This document shows, piece after piece, positions 1-8,559 of a stretch of DNA of 64,000 nt. The DNA is taken from NCBI GenBank assembly GCA_027025175.1, contig JALVRF010000143.1, positions 1,863 to 65,862 of the forward strand, given 5' to 3'. Position numbers and translations under genes: made by a program. The stretch comes from Candidatus Aminicenantes bacterium. Its GTDB lineage: Bacteria; Acidobacteriota; Aminicenantia; S016-38. How positions within the stretch are numbered: the stretch's first letter is position 1; the number at the start of each line of letters is the position of its first letter. The notes under the pieces are model-generated. The model saw nothing but the letters and a program-made list of their open reading frames with translations, made no database searches and was not told the origin of the DNA.

Positions 1-511
1 GGATGTAGTGGACCTGAGAAGTTTCCAGTTTTCTCTCCTGGAGGTAGGCAACTGGGTTAGTGCAGACCAATCCACAGGAAGGGTGGCCCATATACCCAAC
101 CGTTATGTTTTCACCCACCACATAATTAATTACAACAACGGATTCGGATTCGTGTGGAATGAAATCCCCGTCCTTATAACCTTTGAAAGCAACTGGAGAA
201 AGGCGAAGAAAATTCTTGAAGAAATAGCACAGAAGGTATCCCTGCACTTCAGCGAGGAGGCCGAAAAAGCACTGAGAAAGAGAATGGCAAAATTCATGAT
301 ATTTTACAAACACCTGAACCCCAAGGTGTACACTTCGGTCCAGGACAGCGGCGTTCTTTTAACTATAAGATACCTTTGCAAACCCAGGACCAGAAGGGGA
401 ACAGAGGAAGAGATATGGGAAATGGTTCTTGGAGCCTTTGAGAAGGAACCTGACATAGACCTGGCTTACCCCACCTACAGAATTTATCAGCCGGAGAGAA
501 CGGATGATTGA
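1..511 (+). CDS. Small-conductance mechanosensitive channel (MscS family), C-terminal part; the N-terminus lies upstream of the window
   Basis: The translation VFTHHIINYNNGFGFVWNEIPVLITFESNW...LNPKVYTSVQDSGVLLTIRY matches the conserved MscS C-terminal beta/alpha-beta domains. The ORF runs to the window edge. Confidence 0.7.
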   Translation, partial: DVVDLRSFQFSLLEVGNWVSADQSTGRVAHIPNRYVFTHHIINYNNGFGFVWNEIPVLITFESNWRKAKKILEEIAQKVSLHFSEEAEKALRKRMAKFMIFYKHLNPKVYTSVQDSGVLLTIRYLCKPRTRRGTEEEIWEMVLGAFEKEPDIDLAYPTYRIYQPERTDD

Positions 512-1931
512 GGAGTTCAAGCCCCTGTTGGACGCCATTATAGGGAACCCCTGGGGCTTGAGGAAGGATGGAAAATTAGTTGCCGGGGAAGTTCGCCGGG
601 GAAAGAGAATACAGATAGGAAAGTTTACCCTGATTTATCATGGAAATTTACCTCCTGAGACCATAAAAACTCTCAATTACCTTTTTGAGGCTATGGCCCA
701 TTGTGAAGAACATCAGAGGAATTCCGTAGCCCTGGAAAAAATAAGGGAAGTGGTGGTAAAACTTTCCTCGTCGGTGGGATGGAAGGAAACCCTGAAGGTC
801 CTTCTGAAAACCATAAAATCCCTTATTTCCGGGAAATTCCTTTCCATTTTCCTTGTAAATCGCAGGGAAAAGACCATTTATTCCATTCTATCCCTGGGCT
901 ACGAAAAAACTGAAAGGGAACTTCTTCACCTTAAAATTGGCAAGGGCCTCGTGGGCTGGGTCATAGAGAAGGGAAAGCCCCTTATTATAAGGGATGTGAG
1001 GAAAGAAGCCCGGTATTTTGAGATAAAAAAGGAAACCCGTTCCGAACTTGTGGTTCCCATAAGGGTGGGAAGGAAAATAATAGGGGCCATAAATGTGGAA
1101 GATACTAGGATAGGCTCCTATACGGAGAGGGAAGTAAAATTACTGGAGGCCTTCGCATCCATAGCAGGGGTGGTAATAGAAAGGGCCAGATTGTACAGGA
1201 GCCTGCTTGAGCATAGACTCACCATCAAAGAGCTGGAAGTAGCCAGAAAAATCCAGAGTCATTTTCTCCCCAAGAAAACGCCCCGTTTCAAGGGTTTTAA
1301 AATCTACGGGAGGACATACCCTGCCCGGAGGGTAGGGGGAGATTATTACAATTTCTTCCGCCGGGGGAGGGATTCTCTCCTATTTATCCTCGCGGATGTA
1401 TCCGGAAAAGGAATACCTGCAGCCCTATTGACCTCTTTTCTCCATTCAGCCATGGTGATATTTAAAGACGAAAGGAGTCTGATCACCCTGGCGGAAAAAC
1501 TCAACCAGTTAGTTTACTCCCAGACTGAGGCCAACCAGTTTATAACCGGAATATTGGGGGAGATCAGGAGAGATGGAAACCTGGAATATGTGAACTTCGG
1601 TCACAATTACCCTATATTAATAACGGACAAAAAAGCCACCATGGTGGAGGGGAGTGATCTGGTTATGGGAATAAAGCCCTACGCAGATTATTCCCTGAGA
1701 CGCCTGGTTCTTCCTCCGGGCTCTGCCCTTTACCTTTACACCGATGGGGCAGTGGAAGAGAACTGCGGGGGGCAGGAATTCGGCACAGAAAATCTCATGA
1801 GGATAATAGAGGAGAATTGGGAAAATCCCCCGGTGGTGGTAAGGTCAATTATTTCGGAGATGAACCAACGGTGCGGCAGGGAAAGGGACGACGACATAAC
1901 CATACTGGGGATAGTCCATGCTGGGAATTGA
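504..1931 (+). CDS. GAF-domain sensor fused to a PP2C/SpoIIE-type serine phosphatase (RsbU-like)
   Basis: The N-terminal half has a GAF signature (GLVGWVIEKGKPLII...GAINVED...LLEAFASIAGVVIERARLY). The C-terminal half has PP2C/SpoIIE motifs (ARKIQSHFLP, GGDYYNFF, LFILADVSGKGIPAAL, LYTDG). Its start ATGA overlaps the preceding stop. Confidence 0.8.
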   Translation: MIEEFKPLLDAIIGNPWGLRKDGKLVAGEVRRGKRIQIGKFTLIYHGNLPPETIKTLNYLFEAMAHCEEHQRNSVALEKIREVVVKLSSSVGWKETLKVLLKTIKSLISGKFLSIFLVNRREKTIYSILSLGYEKTERELLHLKIGKGLVGWVIEKGKPLIIRDVRKEARYFEIKKETRSELVVPIRVGRKIIGAINVEDTRIGSYTEREVKLLEAFASIAGVVIERARLYRSLLEHRLTIKELEVARKIQSHFLPKKTPRFKGFKIYGRTYPARRVGGDYYNFFRRGRDSLLFILADVSGKGIPAALLTSFLHSAMVIFKDERSLITLAEKLNQLVYSQTEANQFITGILGEIRRDGNLEYVNFGHNYPILITDKKATMVEGSDLVMGIKPYADYSLRRLVLPPGSALYLYTDGAVEENCGGQEFGTENLMRIIEENWENPPVVVRSIISEMNQRCGRERDDDITILGIVHAGN

Positions 1932-3042
1932 CAATTTTTTATCCCAGGCCCACAGGTTTATGGGTCTCTCCTTCGCCCTTTTCGCCAATCAGGCTTCCTT
2001 TACCTCTTCCCTAATCCCCTCTGAATTAGCCCTGGGGGAAATTGTAAATCTGGTGGGTATAATCGCCCCACAGCACGGGTTCTATCACGAGGCCCAGGCC
2101 AACATGAGGGAAAACCCATCCAGAACCCATCCCCTTTTAAAAATTCCCATTCATCCCTTTTATTCTTCATCTCCCCAGCTTCCCCCCTTCATGGAGGAGT
2201 TTGATGTCCTTCTCGTTGACATCCAGGATGTGGGGGTGAGGGTTTACACCTACATCTGGAGTTTACTTATTCTCATGAGGAAACTTTCTGGAAGCGGGAA
2301 GGTAATTTTCATCCTGGATAGACCCAATCCCTTAGGGGGAGAACTCATAGAGGGAAGACCCCTGGAGGAGGAATTTTCCTCCCTGGTGGGCCTCGTGCCC
2401 ATACCCATGATTCACGGGATGACCGTGGGAGAGATGGCCCTGATGTTCCGCCAGGAACTGTCCTTGAATTTAGAGGTGGAAATTTTCAGGGCAGAATGGA
2501 GAAGGGATCTTAAATATCCGGACCTGGACTTTCCCTGGAGGAACCCTTCCCCGAACCTCCCTTCTTTCTCCTCTGTTTTAGTCTACGGGGGAACTGTCAT
2601 GTTTGAAGGAACCAACATATCCGAAGGAAGGGGAACAACCCGGCCCTTCCAGTACATTGGAGCCCCATTTATAGACCCCTACGAACTATGGCGTCAGGTG
2701 GGAAAAATTGATGGGGCCGAGCTTTTCCCCATAGGTTTTACCCCAACCTTCGATAAATATCAGGGAAAGGAGTGCTTTGGACTGGAGATAATCCCTAAGG
2801 GAAACATAAGACCCTTAAGAACAGGGCTTATCATAGCCAAACGGATTTTTTCCATGTGGAAGGAGGCTGCCTTCCTTTCCCCGCCCTACGAATACGAACA
2901 GAAAAAACTTCCCTTTGACATAATAACCGGCAGCGATGCCTTTAGAAAATGGATTGAGGAAGGGCATATGGCTGACCTTGAGCCTCTTCTTGACCCCGGG
3001 GATTTTCCCGAAAAAAGGAGGGATTTTCTCTTTTATCCCTGA
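1918..3042 (+). CDS. DUF1343 family protein (NamZ/YbbC-like exo-beta-N-acetylmuramidase family)
   Basis: Motif LLVDIQDVGVRVYTYIWSLLILM plus DRPNPLGG...EGRP and the downstream GTNISEGRGTTRPF are characteristic of DUF1343. The start overlaps the previous gene. Confidence 0.65.
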   Translation: MLGIDNFLSQAHRFMGLSFALFANQASFTSSLIPSELALGEIVNLVGIIAPQHGFYHEAQANMRENPSRTHPLLKIPIHPFYSSSPQLPPFMEEFDVLLVDIQDVGVRVYTYIWSLLILMRKLSGSGKVIFILDRPNPLGGELIEGRPLEEEFSSLVGLVPIPMIHGMTVGEMALMFRQELSLNLEVEIFRAEWRRDLKYPDLDFPWRNPSPNLPSFSSVLVYGGTVMFEGTNISEGRGTTRPFQYIGAPFIDPYELWRQVGKIDGAELFPIGFTPTFDKYQGKECFGLEIIPKGNIRPLRTGLIIAKRIFSMWKEAAFLSPPYEYEQKKLPFDIITGSDAFRKWIEEGHMADLEPLLDPGDFPEKRRDFLFYP

Positions 3043-3048
3043 AGCCAG

Positions 3049-3073
3049 TTAATTCCTGCCACAGAGGAATTAA
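3049..3073. terminator. Perfect 9-bp inverted repeat hairpin between convergent genes
   Basis: ttaattcct-gccacag-aggaattaa lies directly after the stop of the DUF1343 gene and spans the stop of the convergent minus-strand ORF. Neither side has a strong T-tract. Confidence 0.45.
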
Positions 3074-3528
3074 AAGGAGATAGCGGTGATTATTCTGTCC
3101 GATCTCCTTATGGTGCTGTTGGGACAGCCCTTCTTGCTGCAAAAGGTAATAGCATTATTGAAGGAAAAATCAGTATCAAGGAAAAGGACATAAATGTTGC
3201 CCTCGCCGCAATAATCGCAGGTGGTAAGTATGGGGAGGGGTTTTTCGCATACAGGACAGAGGAATTTAACCGATTCCCCCTCGTCTACATGTCCCTTCAG
3301 GCAAATGGTTGTTCTATCGCCCAGGATAGGTGAAAGAACCACCATTCCCTCCTGGCCGTTTTCCCTGCGAAAGGCCAGTTCAATTCCTGGGTAGCCGTTG
3401 ATTATGTGCTGGTCAGTTATAAGGTTGTGCCCTTCTGGACAAAGGGCCTTTTTTACCACGAGTTCTTCTCCCCTTACCTCCCTGGCAGGAATCTTAAGTT
3501 TTCCTTTACTATCAAAGATTCTACCCAT
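3070..3528 (-). CDS. Hypothetical small Cys-rich protein (putative zinc-ribbon)
   Basis: 152-aa ORF with paired CxxC motifs (CPVCEKP, CDYCGEG) and another CP pair. No family recognised. Confidence 0.45.
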   Translation of the reverse strand: MGRIFDSKGKLKIPAREVRGEELVVKKALCPEGHNLITDQHIINGYPGIELAFRRENGQEGMVVLSPILGDRTTICLKGHVDEGESVKFLCPVCEKPLPILTTCDYCGEGNIYVLFLDTDFSFNNAITFCSKKGCPNSTIRRSDRIITAISF

Positions 3529-3573
3529 TAAAACCCCCTTTAAATTTTAGGAACTTGAGGAAAGATTTTCCAC

Positions 3574-5172
3574 TCACCAGACTCCAAAGGAAACCACTGC
3601 CCAGAGGGAAAAGGGCCTTCTTATTTTGGGCTGAGGATCAGCCACTCCTGAAAAGTATTTTTCCCCCTTTACCTCTGTTCTCAGGTAATTGTCGTAATGG
3701 ATGGGAAAATCGGCAAAGATTCCCACGGAGACGGCTCCCTGGGTCATAAAGCCCAGACTCCCGCTCAGCCAGAACTCCTTGAGGAAGGAATTCCTCCTCG
3801 CCTTCTCCTGAAAATAAAGGCCATCCCCATCGCTTCTGGTGCTGCCGTAAATTTTGCGGGTATAAAGGAAGTTGTGATGGGACCAGAGGTTGAAAATGAG
3901 TCTGAGACCGGAAGAAAGAGGAATTTCAAGGTCCGCTTCAGAAAAAACGGTGAGTTTCCAAAAATTTCCATAACTGGGACGCTCCCATTTCTCCTCCCAC
4001 CCGTAGTAAGCCCAGCCTCCTGCGTAAACTTCCCTTCCGCCCCATATTTCCACCTGCTTGAAATTCCCATGTGTTACGCTCAGGGAGGTTCCTATCCGGA
4101 GAAAACCCTTTCCCGGAAGGTCAAAGTGAATAAAGGGCAGAAGTTCCGCTTCGTAGTCATTCTCCCGGTAGCCGTCAAGCAGGGTCTCACCCATCCACCG
4201 ATCGTGATTTCTCGTGAAACTTGCCTCCAGAAAGGTCACCACGAAGAGTTTGACCCCTGGGGAGAACTCCTTTAATTTGAAAACGCCATAATTTCTGAAG
4301 GTGGTTTTTCCTATGGCATTCCCCCATTTTTCTTTAACGAATTTATTGACCTCCTCCCGGTACTCGTAATAGTCCTGGAACCCCCTGATTTTCCTGAATC
4401 TGAAACCTATACGGTTCTCCCCGAGGCTTGCTCCAAGGACTACATCCCACTGAGAATAGGAAGTCTGAGCATAAAAATCCTGCCAGAAAGAGTCAATGTT
4501 AGCAGAAACTCCGAATATGTGATTGCATCCGTGGACCGTGGACCACCCCCAGTTAAAAACCCCTAACTCCCTTTCCTCTCCCTCCAGGGTATAACGAAGA
4601 TAACCCCGGGGAGAGCCTTCGGAAAAACGGGAGAAGGTGAACAACAGGCCTACCGGAGTATCTCCGAGGTCTCCCACCAGTATTGCCCCCAGGGAGGATT
4701 GCAGGTTTGTCTGGGAAAGTTGGGAAGAAAAGGGTATGGTAAATTTCTCCCCATCCTCCTCCCCTATGGCAGTTCCCGAAGCCTTCAGGGAAAAAACATC
4801 CCATCTTGAGGAGATCAGGGGAATTATCCTGAAAGAGGAAACCTCAACGCCATAGGCCAATGCTGTAAAATACGGGGTTTTCCAGTTTCCCTCAAATCCG
4901 GCGGTGTAAACCTGTCCGTTCAGGTCCCGACTCACCTTCTCCCTGGTTGAAATATAAGTGGGACTGGGGCTGGCCTCGGGATCATCAAGGTTTCCCATCC
5001 ATCCCCTTTTCTGGAGGCTGAAGAAAACCACGGCCCTGTTCTTAAAAAGAAGAGCGTCCTGGGGAAAGGTTCTGTAGGAAAAATAAGGATCAGGACCCAC
5101 GAACAGAAGGCGCCCCATAACCAGTTTCACCAGAACCAAAAGGATAAAAATGTAATATATTTTTCTCATCAC
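3574..5172 (-). CDS. Hypothetical secreted protein, probably an outer-membrane beta-barrel
   Basis: N-terminal signal/anchor (MMRKIYYIFILLVLVKLVMG). Aromatic-rich alternating segments (Y/W/F and G) and a C-terminal aromatic residue (…SFGVW). 532 aa. Confidence 0.5.
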   Translation of the reverse strand: MMRKIYYIFILLVLVKLVMGRLLFVGPDPYFSYRTFPQDALLFKNRAVVFFSLQKRGWMGNLDDPEASPSPTYISTREKVSRDLNGQVYTAGFEGNWKTPYFTALAYGVEVSSFRIIPLISSRWDVFSLKASGTAIGEEDGEKFTIPFSSQLSQTNLQSSLGAILVGDLGDTPVGLLFTFSRFSEGSPRGYLRYTLEGEERELGVFNWGWSTVHGCNHIFGVSANIDSFWQDFYAQTSYSQWDVVLGASLGENRIGFRFRKIRGFQDYYEYREEVNKFVKEKWGNAIGKTTFRNYGVFKLKEFSPGVKLFVVTFLEASFTRNHDRWMGETLLDGYRENDYEAELLPFIHFDLPGKGFLRIGTSLSVTHGNFKQVEIWGGREVYAGGWAYYGWEEKWERPSYGNFWKLTVFSEADLEIPLSSGLRLIFNLWSHHNFLYTRKIYGSTRSDGDGLYFQEKARRNSFLKEFWLSGSLGFMTQGAVSVGIFADFPIHYDNYLRTEVKGEKYFSGVADPQPKIRRPFSLWAVVSFGVW

Positions 5173-5264
5173 TTATTAATTTAGGGCAATTTAAGAAAAA
5201 TTCCAGAGTGTATAGATTTTTTTGTAAAGGGATTAAAACTCCCAATAGGCTCAGGTGGCGGGTA

Positions 5265-5292
5265 TTGACTTTCTCCAGAAGGGAATTATAAT
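5265..5292 (+). promoter_or_regulatory. Sigma70-type promoter driving tRNA-Val
   Basis: TTGACT (5265-5270), a 16-nt spacer, then TATAAT (5287-5292). The tRNA 5' end is 10 nt downstream. Confidence 0.6.
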
Positions 5293-5302
5293 TTTTCTGG
5301 GT

Positions 5303-5377
5303 GGGCGGCTAACTCAGCGGTAGAGTGCTACCTTCACACGGTAGTGGTCAGAGGTTCGAATCCTCTGCCGCCCACCA
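5303..5377 (+). tRNA. tRNA-Val (anticodon CAC)
   Basis: Folded by hand: acceptor GGGCGGC/GCCGCCC, anticodon stem CTACC/GGTAG with loop TTCACAC, T-loop TTCGAAT, and an encoded CCA end. 75 nt. Confidence 0.85.
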
Positions 5378-5413
5378 TTTTTTATTTAACCCTTCCCCTG
5401 ATAATATTTATTC

Positions 5414-6739
5414 ATGAAAATTCTTCTGGTGGAGGATAATCGCAGACTGGCCTCTGCCCTGGGAGATTATCTTCAGGGAGAGGGCTTTGAGGTTGTCCAG
5501 GCCCATTCCCTTTCGTCGGCACAAAAAAGGCTGGAGAGGGAGAGTTTTGAGGCCATAGTATGCGACCTGAAACTCCCCGACGGGGAGGGCACCCAATTGA
5601 TTCCCCTTGCAGTGGAGGAAGGAATCCCCATAATAATGATTACCGCCTACGGAGACATAGCCAGGGCAGTAGAGGCGGTAAAAAGGGGAGCATATCAGTT
5701 CATAGAAAAACCTGTGGACCCGGAATTTCTTAGGGATACTTTAAAAAGGGCGGCGGAGGAAAGGAGACAATGGGCCAAGGCGCTTCTATTTTCCGAAGCC
5801 CTCCTGGATTTAGAGATGGTGGGTTCCTCCCCGGCCTTTGCCGAGGCCTTTTCCAAGGCCAGGAAGGCTGCTTCTTCTGATATAACAGTTCTTCTTACAG
5901 GGGAAACCGGTTCGGGAAAGGAGGTATTCGCCAGGGCCATACACTCCATGAGCCCCAGGCGAAACAGACCCTTTGTGGCCATAAACTGCGCTTCCATCCC
6001 GGAAACCCTTCTGGAAAGCGAACTTTTCGGATATGAAAGGGGGGCCTTCACCGGGGCAAACAGGACAAAGCCCGGAAGGCTGGAGCTGGCCAACGGGGGA
6101 ACGGTTTTTCTGGACGAGATAGGGGAGATGAGCCCTGCCCTTCAGGCGAAACTTCTCAGGGTAATTGAGGAGAGGAAAATAGAGAGGCTGGGCGGGACCA
6201 GGGAAATAGAGGTGGATGTAAGGTTCATAGTAGCCACCAACAGGGACCTATCCTCCCTGGTTAAGGAGGGAAAATTCCGCCAGGACCTTTTTTATCGCCT
6301 ATCGGTTTTTCCTATAGAAATTCCTCCGCTCAGGGAAAGAAAGGAGGACATCATTCCCTTAGCCGAGTTTTTCCTCAGGAAATTGCGGGGTGAAGGAAAA
6401 CCCCCGAAGAAATTAACCCGGGGAGCCAAAAGGAAACTCCTTTCCTACGCCTGGCCAGGGAACATAAGGGAACTCAAAAATGTAATGGAAAGGGCATATG
6501 TTCTTTCAGAGGGTGAGTTTATAACCGAAAAGGACATAGTTCTTCAGGAAGTAGCCCAGCCCTTGGACCTTTCAGGGACCTTAGAACAGGCTGTGGAAAA
6601 GGCCAGGGAATGGGTAGAAAGGACGAAAATCAAGCAGGCAATAAAAAGAGCCCACGGCGACCTTCAGGAAGCAGCCAGACTCCTGGGAGTTTCACCAAAA
6701 ACCCTTTATTCAAAGATGAAAAAATACGGCATTTCATGA
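5414..6739 (+). CDS. Sigma-54-dependent response regulator (NtrC/AtoC family enhancer-binding protein)
   Basis: Receiver domain (MKILLVEDN...DLKLPDGEG). AAA+ sigma-54 activator domain (GETGSGKEVFARAIH, GAFTGA, FLDEIGEM). C-terminal Fis-type HTH (AARLLGVSPKTLYSKMKKYGI). Confidence 0.9.
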   Translation: MKILLVEDNRRLASALGDYLQGEGFEVVQAHSLSSAQKRLERESFEAIVCDLKLPDGEGTQLIPLAVEEGIPIIMITAYGDIARAVEAVKRGAYQFIEKPVDPEFLRDTLKRAAEERRQWAKALLFSEALLDLEMVGSSPAFAEAFSKARKAASSDITVLLTGETGSGKEVFARAIHSMSPRRNRPFVAINCASIPETLLESELFGYERGAFTGANRTKPGRLELANGGTVFLDEIGEMSPALQAKLLRVIEERKIERLGGTREIEVDVRFIVATNRDLSSLVKEGKFRQDLFYRLSVFPIEIPPLRERKEDIIPLAEFFLRKLRGEGKPPKKLTRGAKRKLLSYAWPGNIRELKNVMERAYVLSEGEFITEKDIVLQEVAQPLDLSGTLEQAVEKAREWVERTKIKQAIKRAHGDLQEAARLLGVSPKTLYSKMKKYGIS

Positions 6740-7362
6740 GGGAAAAACTCCTATCCTGGCTGGTGAGAGTTCTGTGCGGGCTCTCTAAGGCAGAGGTAAG
6801 GGGTGTGGAAAACTACGAAAAATACAAAAAGGAGGGAAGGGGGACAGTGCTCTGCCTATGGCACGGAAAGATACTTTTCCCCCTTTATTTTTTCAGAAAA
6901 AGGGGGATAAGACCTATAATAAGCCGTCACAGGGACGGAGAAATCCTGGCCAGGGTCAGCCTTCTTCTGGGTTACAGGCCCATAAGGGGCTCTTCTACAA
7001 GGTTCGGGGGAACGGCTTTAGCAGAGGCTCTAAGAGCAATTAAAAGGGGAGAAGATGTGGTTTTCGCCGCAGATGGCCCCAGGGGTCCTTATCACAGGTT
7101 AAAGCCTGGATGCATATATGCTGCGGCAAAGAGCGGAGCCGGGCTTTTCTACGGCTCCTATGCATCAAAACCTTCCAAAAAACTCCGCTCCTGGGACCGG
7201 TTCAATGTTTTCCCGCCCTTTTCGAGAATTATTATGGAAATAAGAGGGCCCCTTTTCGTCCCCCCGGAAGCAGACATGGAAGAATGGAGGAGGAAAATTG
7301 AGGAGGAAATGGAGGCCCTGGACCGGAGATTAGAGTCTGAGGTAAGCAGAAAGCTCTCTTAG
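6736..7362 (+). CDS. DUF374-like protein (lysophospholipid acyltransferase superfamily)
   Basis: About 208 aa with LCLWHG...RHRDGEILARV...RGSSTRFGGTALAEALRAIKRGEDVVFAADGPRGP. The ATG at 6736 overlaps the NtrC stop (ATGA). The longer upstream ORF lies inside NtrC and is rejected. Confidence 0.5.
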   Translation: MREKLLSWLVRVLCGLSKAEVRGVENYEKYKKEGRGTVLCLWHGKILFPLYFFRKRGIRPIISRHRDGEILARVSLLLGYRPIRGSSTRFGGTALAEALRAIKRGEDVVFAADGPRGPYHRLKPGCIYAAAKSGAGLFYGSYASKPSKKLRSWDRFNVFPPFSRIIMEIRGPLFVPPEADMEEWRRKIEEEMEALDRRLESEVSRKLS

Positions 7363-8559
7363 AAATTGGTCAATGACTTCCTTCTGAATAATAAAGGGAG
7401 GGATTATTTCAAGGACCTCCCCCTTTATTCCCGAAGGAAGGGTTATCCATCCACGCTCCAAAAACCATCGAAAGGCCCTAAAACCCTCCCCCTCCTTCCC
7501 AAAATCAAAACCGTGAAGAACCCCGAGCCCCCTGTGTTTTATCCTTATTCCCCTTTTAACCAGACCCTCCTCTATCCATTCCTGAATTTCCTCCGCCTTT
7601 TCCCAGGCCTTTATTTTCCTGTATTCCTTCAGGGTTCTCAGGGCCACCCTGCAGAAAAAGGGATTACCGCTGAAGGTGAAGGTATAGGAAGCCTCCCCCC
7701 TGCTTTGCCCCCAAGCATCCATAAATTCCCCTTTCCCCATGCAGGCGGAAAGGGGAAAGGAGGCGGATAAGGCTTTCCCAAGGGCGATAAGGTCAGGCTC
7801 CAGCCGGTAAAGGTCCCTGGCAAAAGGTTTCGTTGTTTTGTAAAAACCCGTGTAAATTTCGTCAAAAATCAGCGGTATTCCGTGGCGGTAGGAGAGTTCC
7901 CTGAGACCCTGAAGCAGGGAATTGGGTGCCACCCTTATTCCTGCCCTCCCCTGAATGGGCTCTATTATTATGGCCATTATCCTCTCTCTTCTGGCAAGGC
8001 CCTCTATTCGGGAAAGGGAGGCTTCCTCAAAGGGGAAAAACCTGGCGGGAAAGGGGAGGACCTGCCTGAATCTCTCCCTGAATTTTTCTCCCCAGGTGGC
8101 CGAGAGGGCGCCCAGGGCGGTTCCGTGGTAGGCCCCCTCGAAGGCCACTACCATGCCAGGTCCCCTTTTTAAAAGGGCGGTTCTCAGGCAGGCCTCTACC
8201 GCATCTGCGCCGTCGCTTACAAGAACGCCCTTCCAGCCTCCCCCTAAAAGAGCGGATATTTCTTCAAGAAGGAGGATTTTCTCCTCTGCAGGGATAAGGT
8301 CCCCCATTCCGTGGAAAAACCCCTTCTCCGCTTCGTCCTTTATAAAATCCGGAGAATGCCCCAGCATGGAAACACCAAAGAAGGAAGTAAGGTCCCTGTA
8401 AATATTCCCGTCCACATCCTCCACAAAGATTCCCTTGGCTCCTTTTATAACCGGGGGGAAATCTCCCTCCACAAAGGTAAAATCCCCTTCTTCCACCCTT
8501 TTCAGCCTTCTAAGAAGATCAGAGGACCTCTTCCTCAACCTTCTCTGCCTCCTTTTCAA
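7330..8559 (-). CDS. Class-III (PLP-dependent) aminotransferase
   Basis: AT-III signatures: GVSMLGH, the FDEIYTGF..K motif, and the PLP-lysine motif LGKALSASFPLSA. 409 aa. The exact substrate is not assignable. Confidence 0.8.
   Translation of the reverse strand: MKRRQRRLRKRSSDLLRRLKRVEEGDFTFVEGDFPPVIKGAKGIFVEDVDGNIYRDLTSFFGVSMLGHSPDFIKDEAEKGFFHGMGDLIPAEEKILLLEEISALLGGGWKGVLVSDGADAVEACLRTALLKRGPGMVVAFEGAYHGTALGALSATWGEKFRERFRQVLPFPARFFPFEEASLSRIEGLARRERIMAIIIEPIQGRAGIRVAPNSLLQGLRELSYRHGIPLIFDEIYTGFYKTTKPFARDLYRLEPDLIALGKALSASFPLSACMGKGEFMDAWGQSRGEASYTFTFSGNPFFCRVALRTLKEYRKIKAWEKAEEIQEWIEEGLVKRGIRIKHRGLGVLHGFDFGKEGEGFRAFRWFLERGWITLPSGIKGEVLEIIPPFIIQKEVIDQFLRELSAYLRL

Noticed and set aside
1817-5596. 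Short ORFs 1817-2014, 2942-3142, 3555-3749, 3697-4275, 3765-4070, 4553-4855 and 5408-5596
   Set aside because: They overlap longer, motif-supported or better-supported genes, or are antisense to them. None has a recognisable domain.
6610-6735. Upstream extension of the DUF374 ORF (MGRKDENQAGNKK...)
   Set aside because: It lies within the NtrC coding region in a different frame. The ATG at 6736 gives an ATGA overlap typical of this genome.
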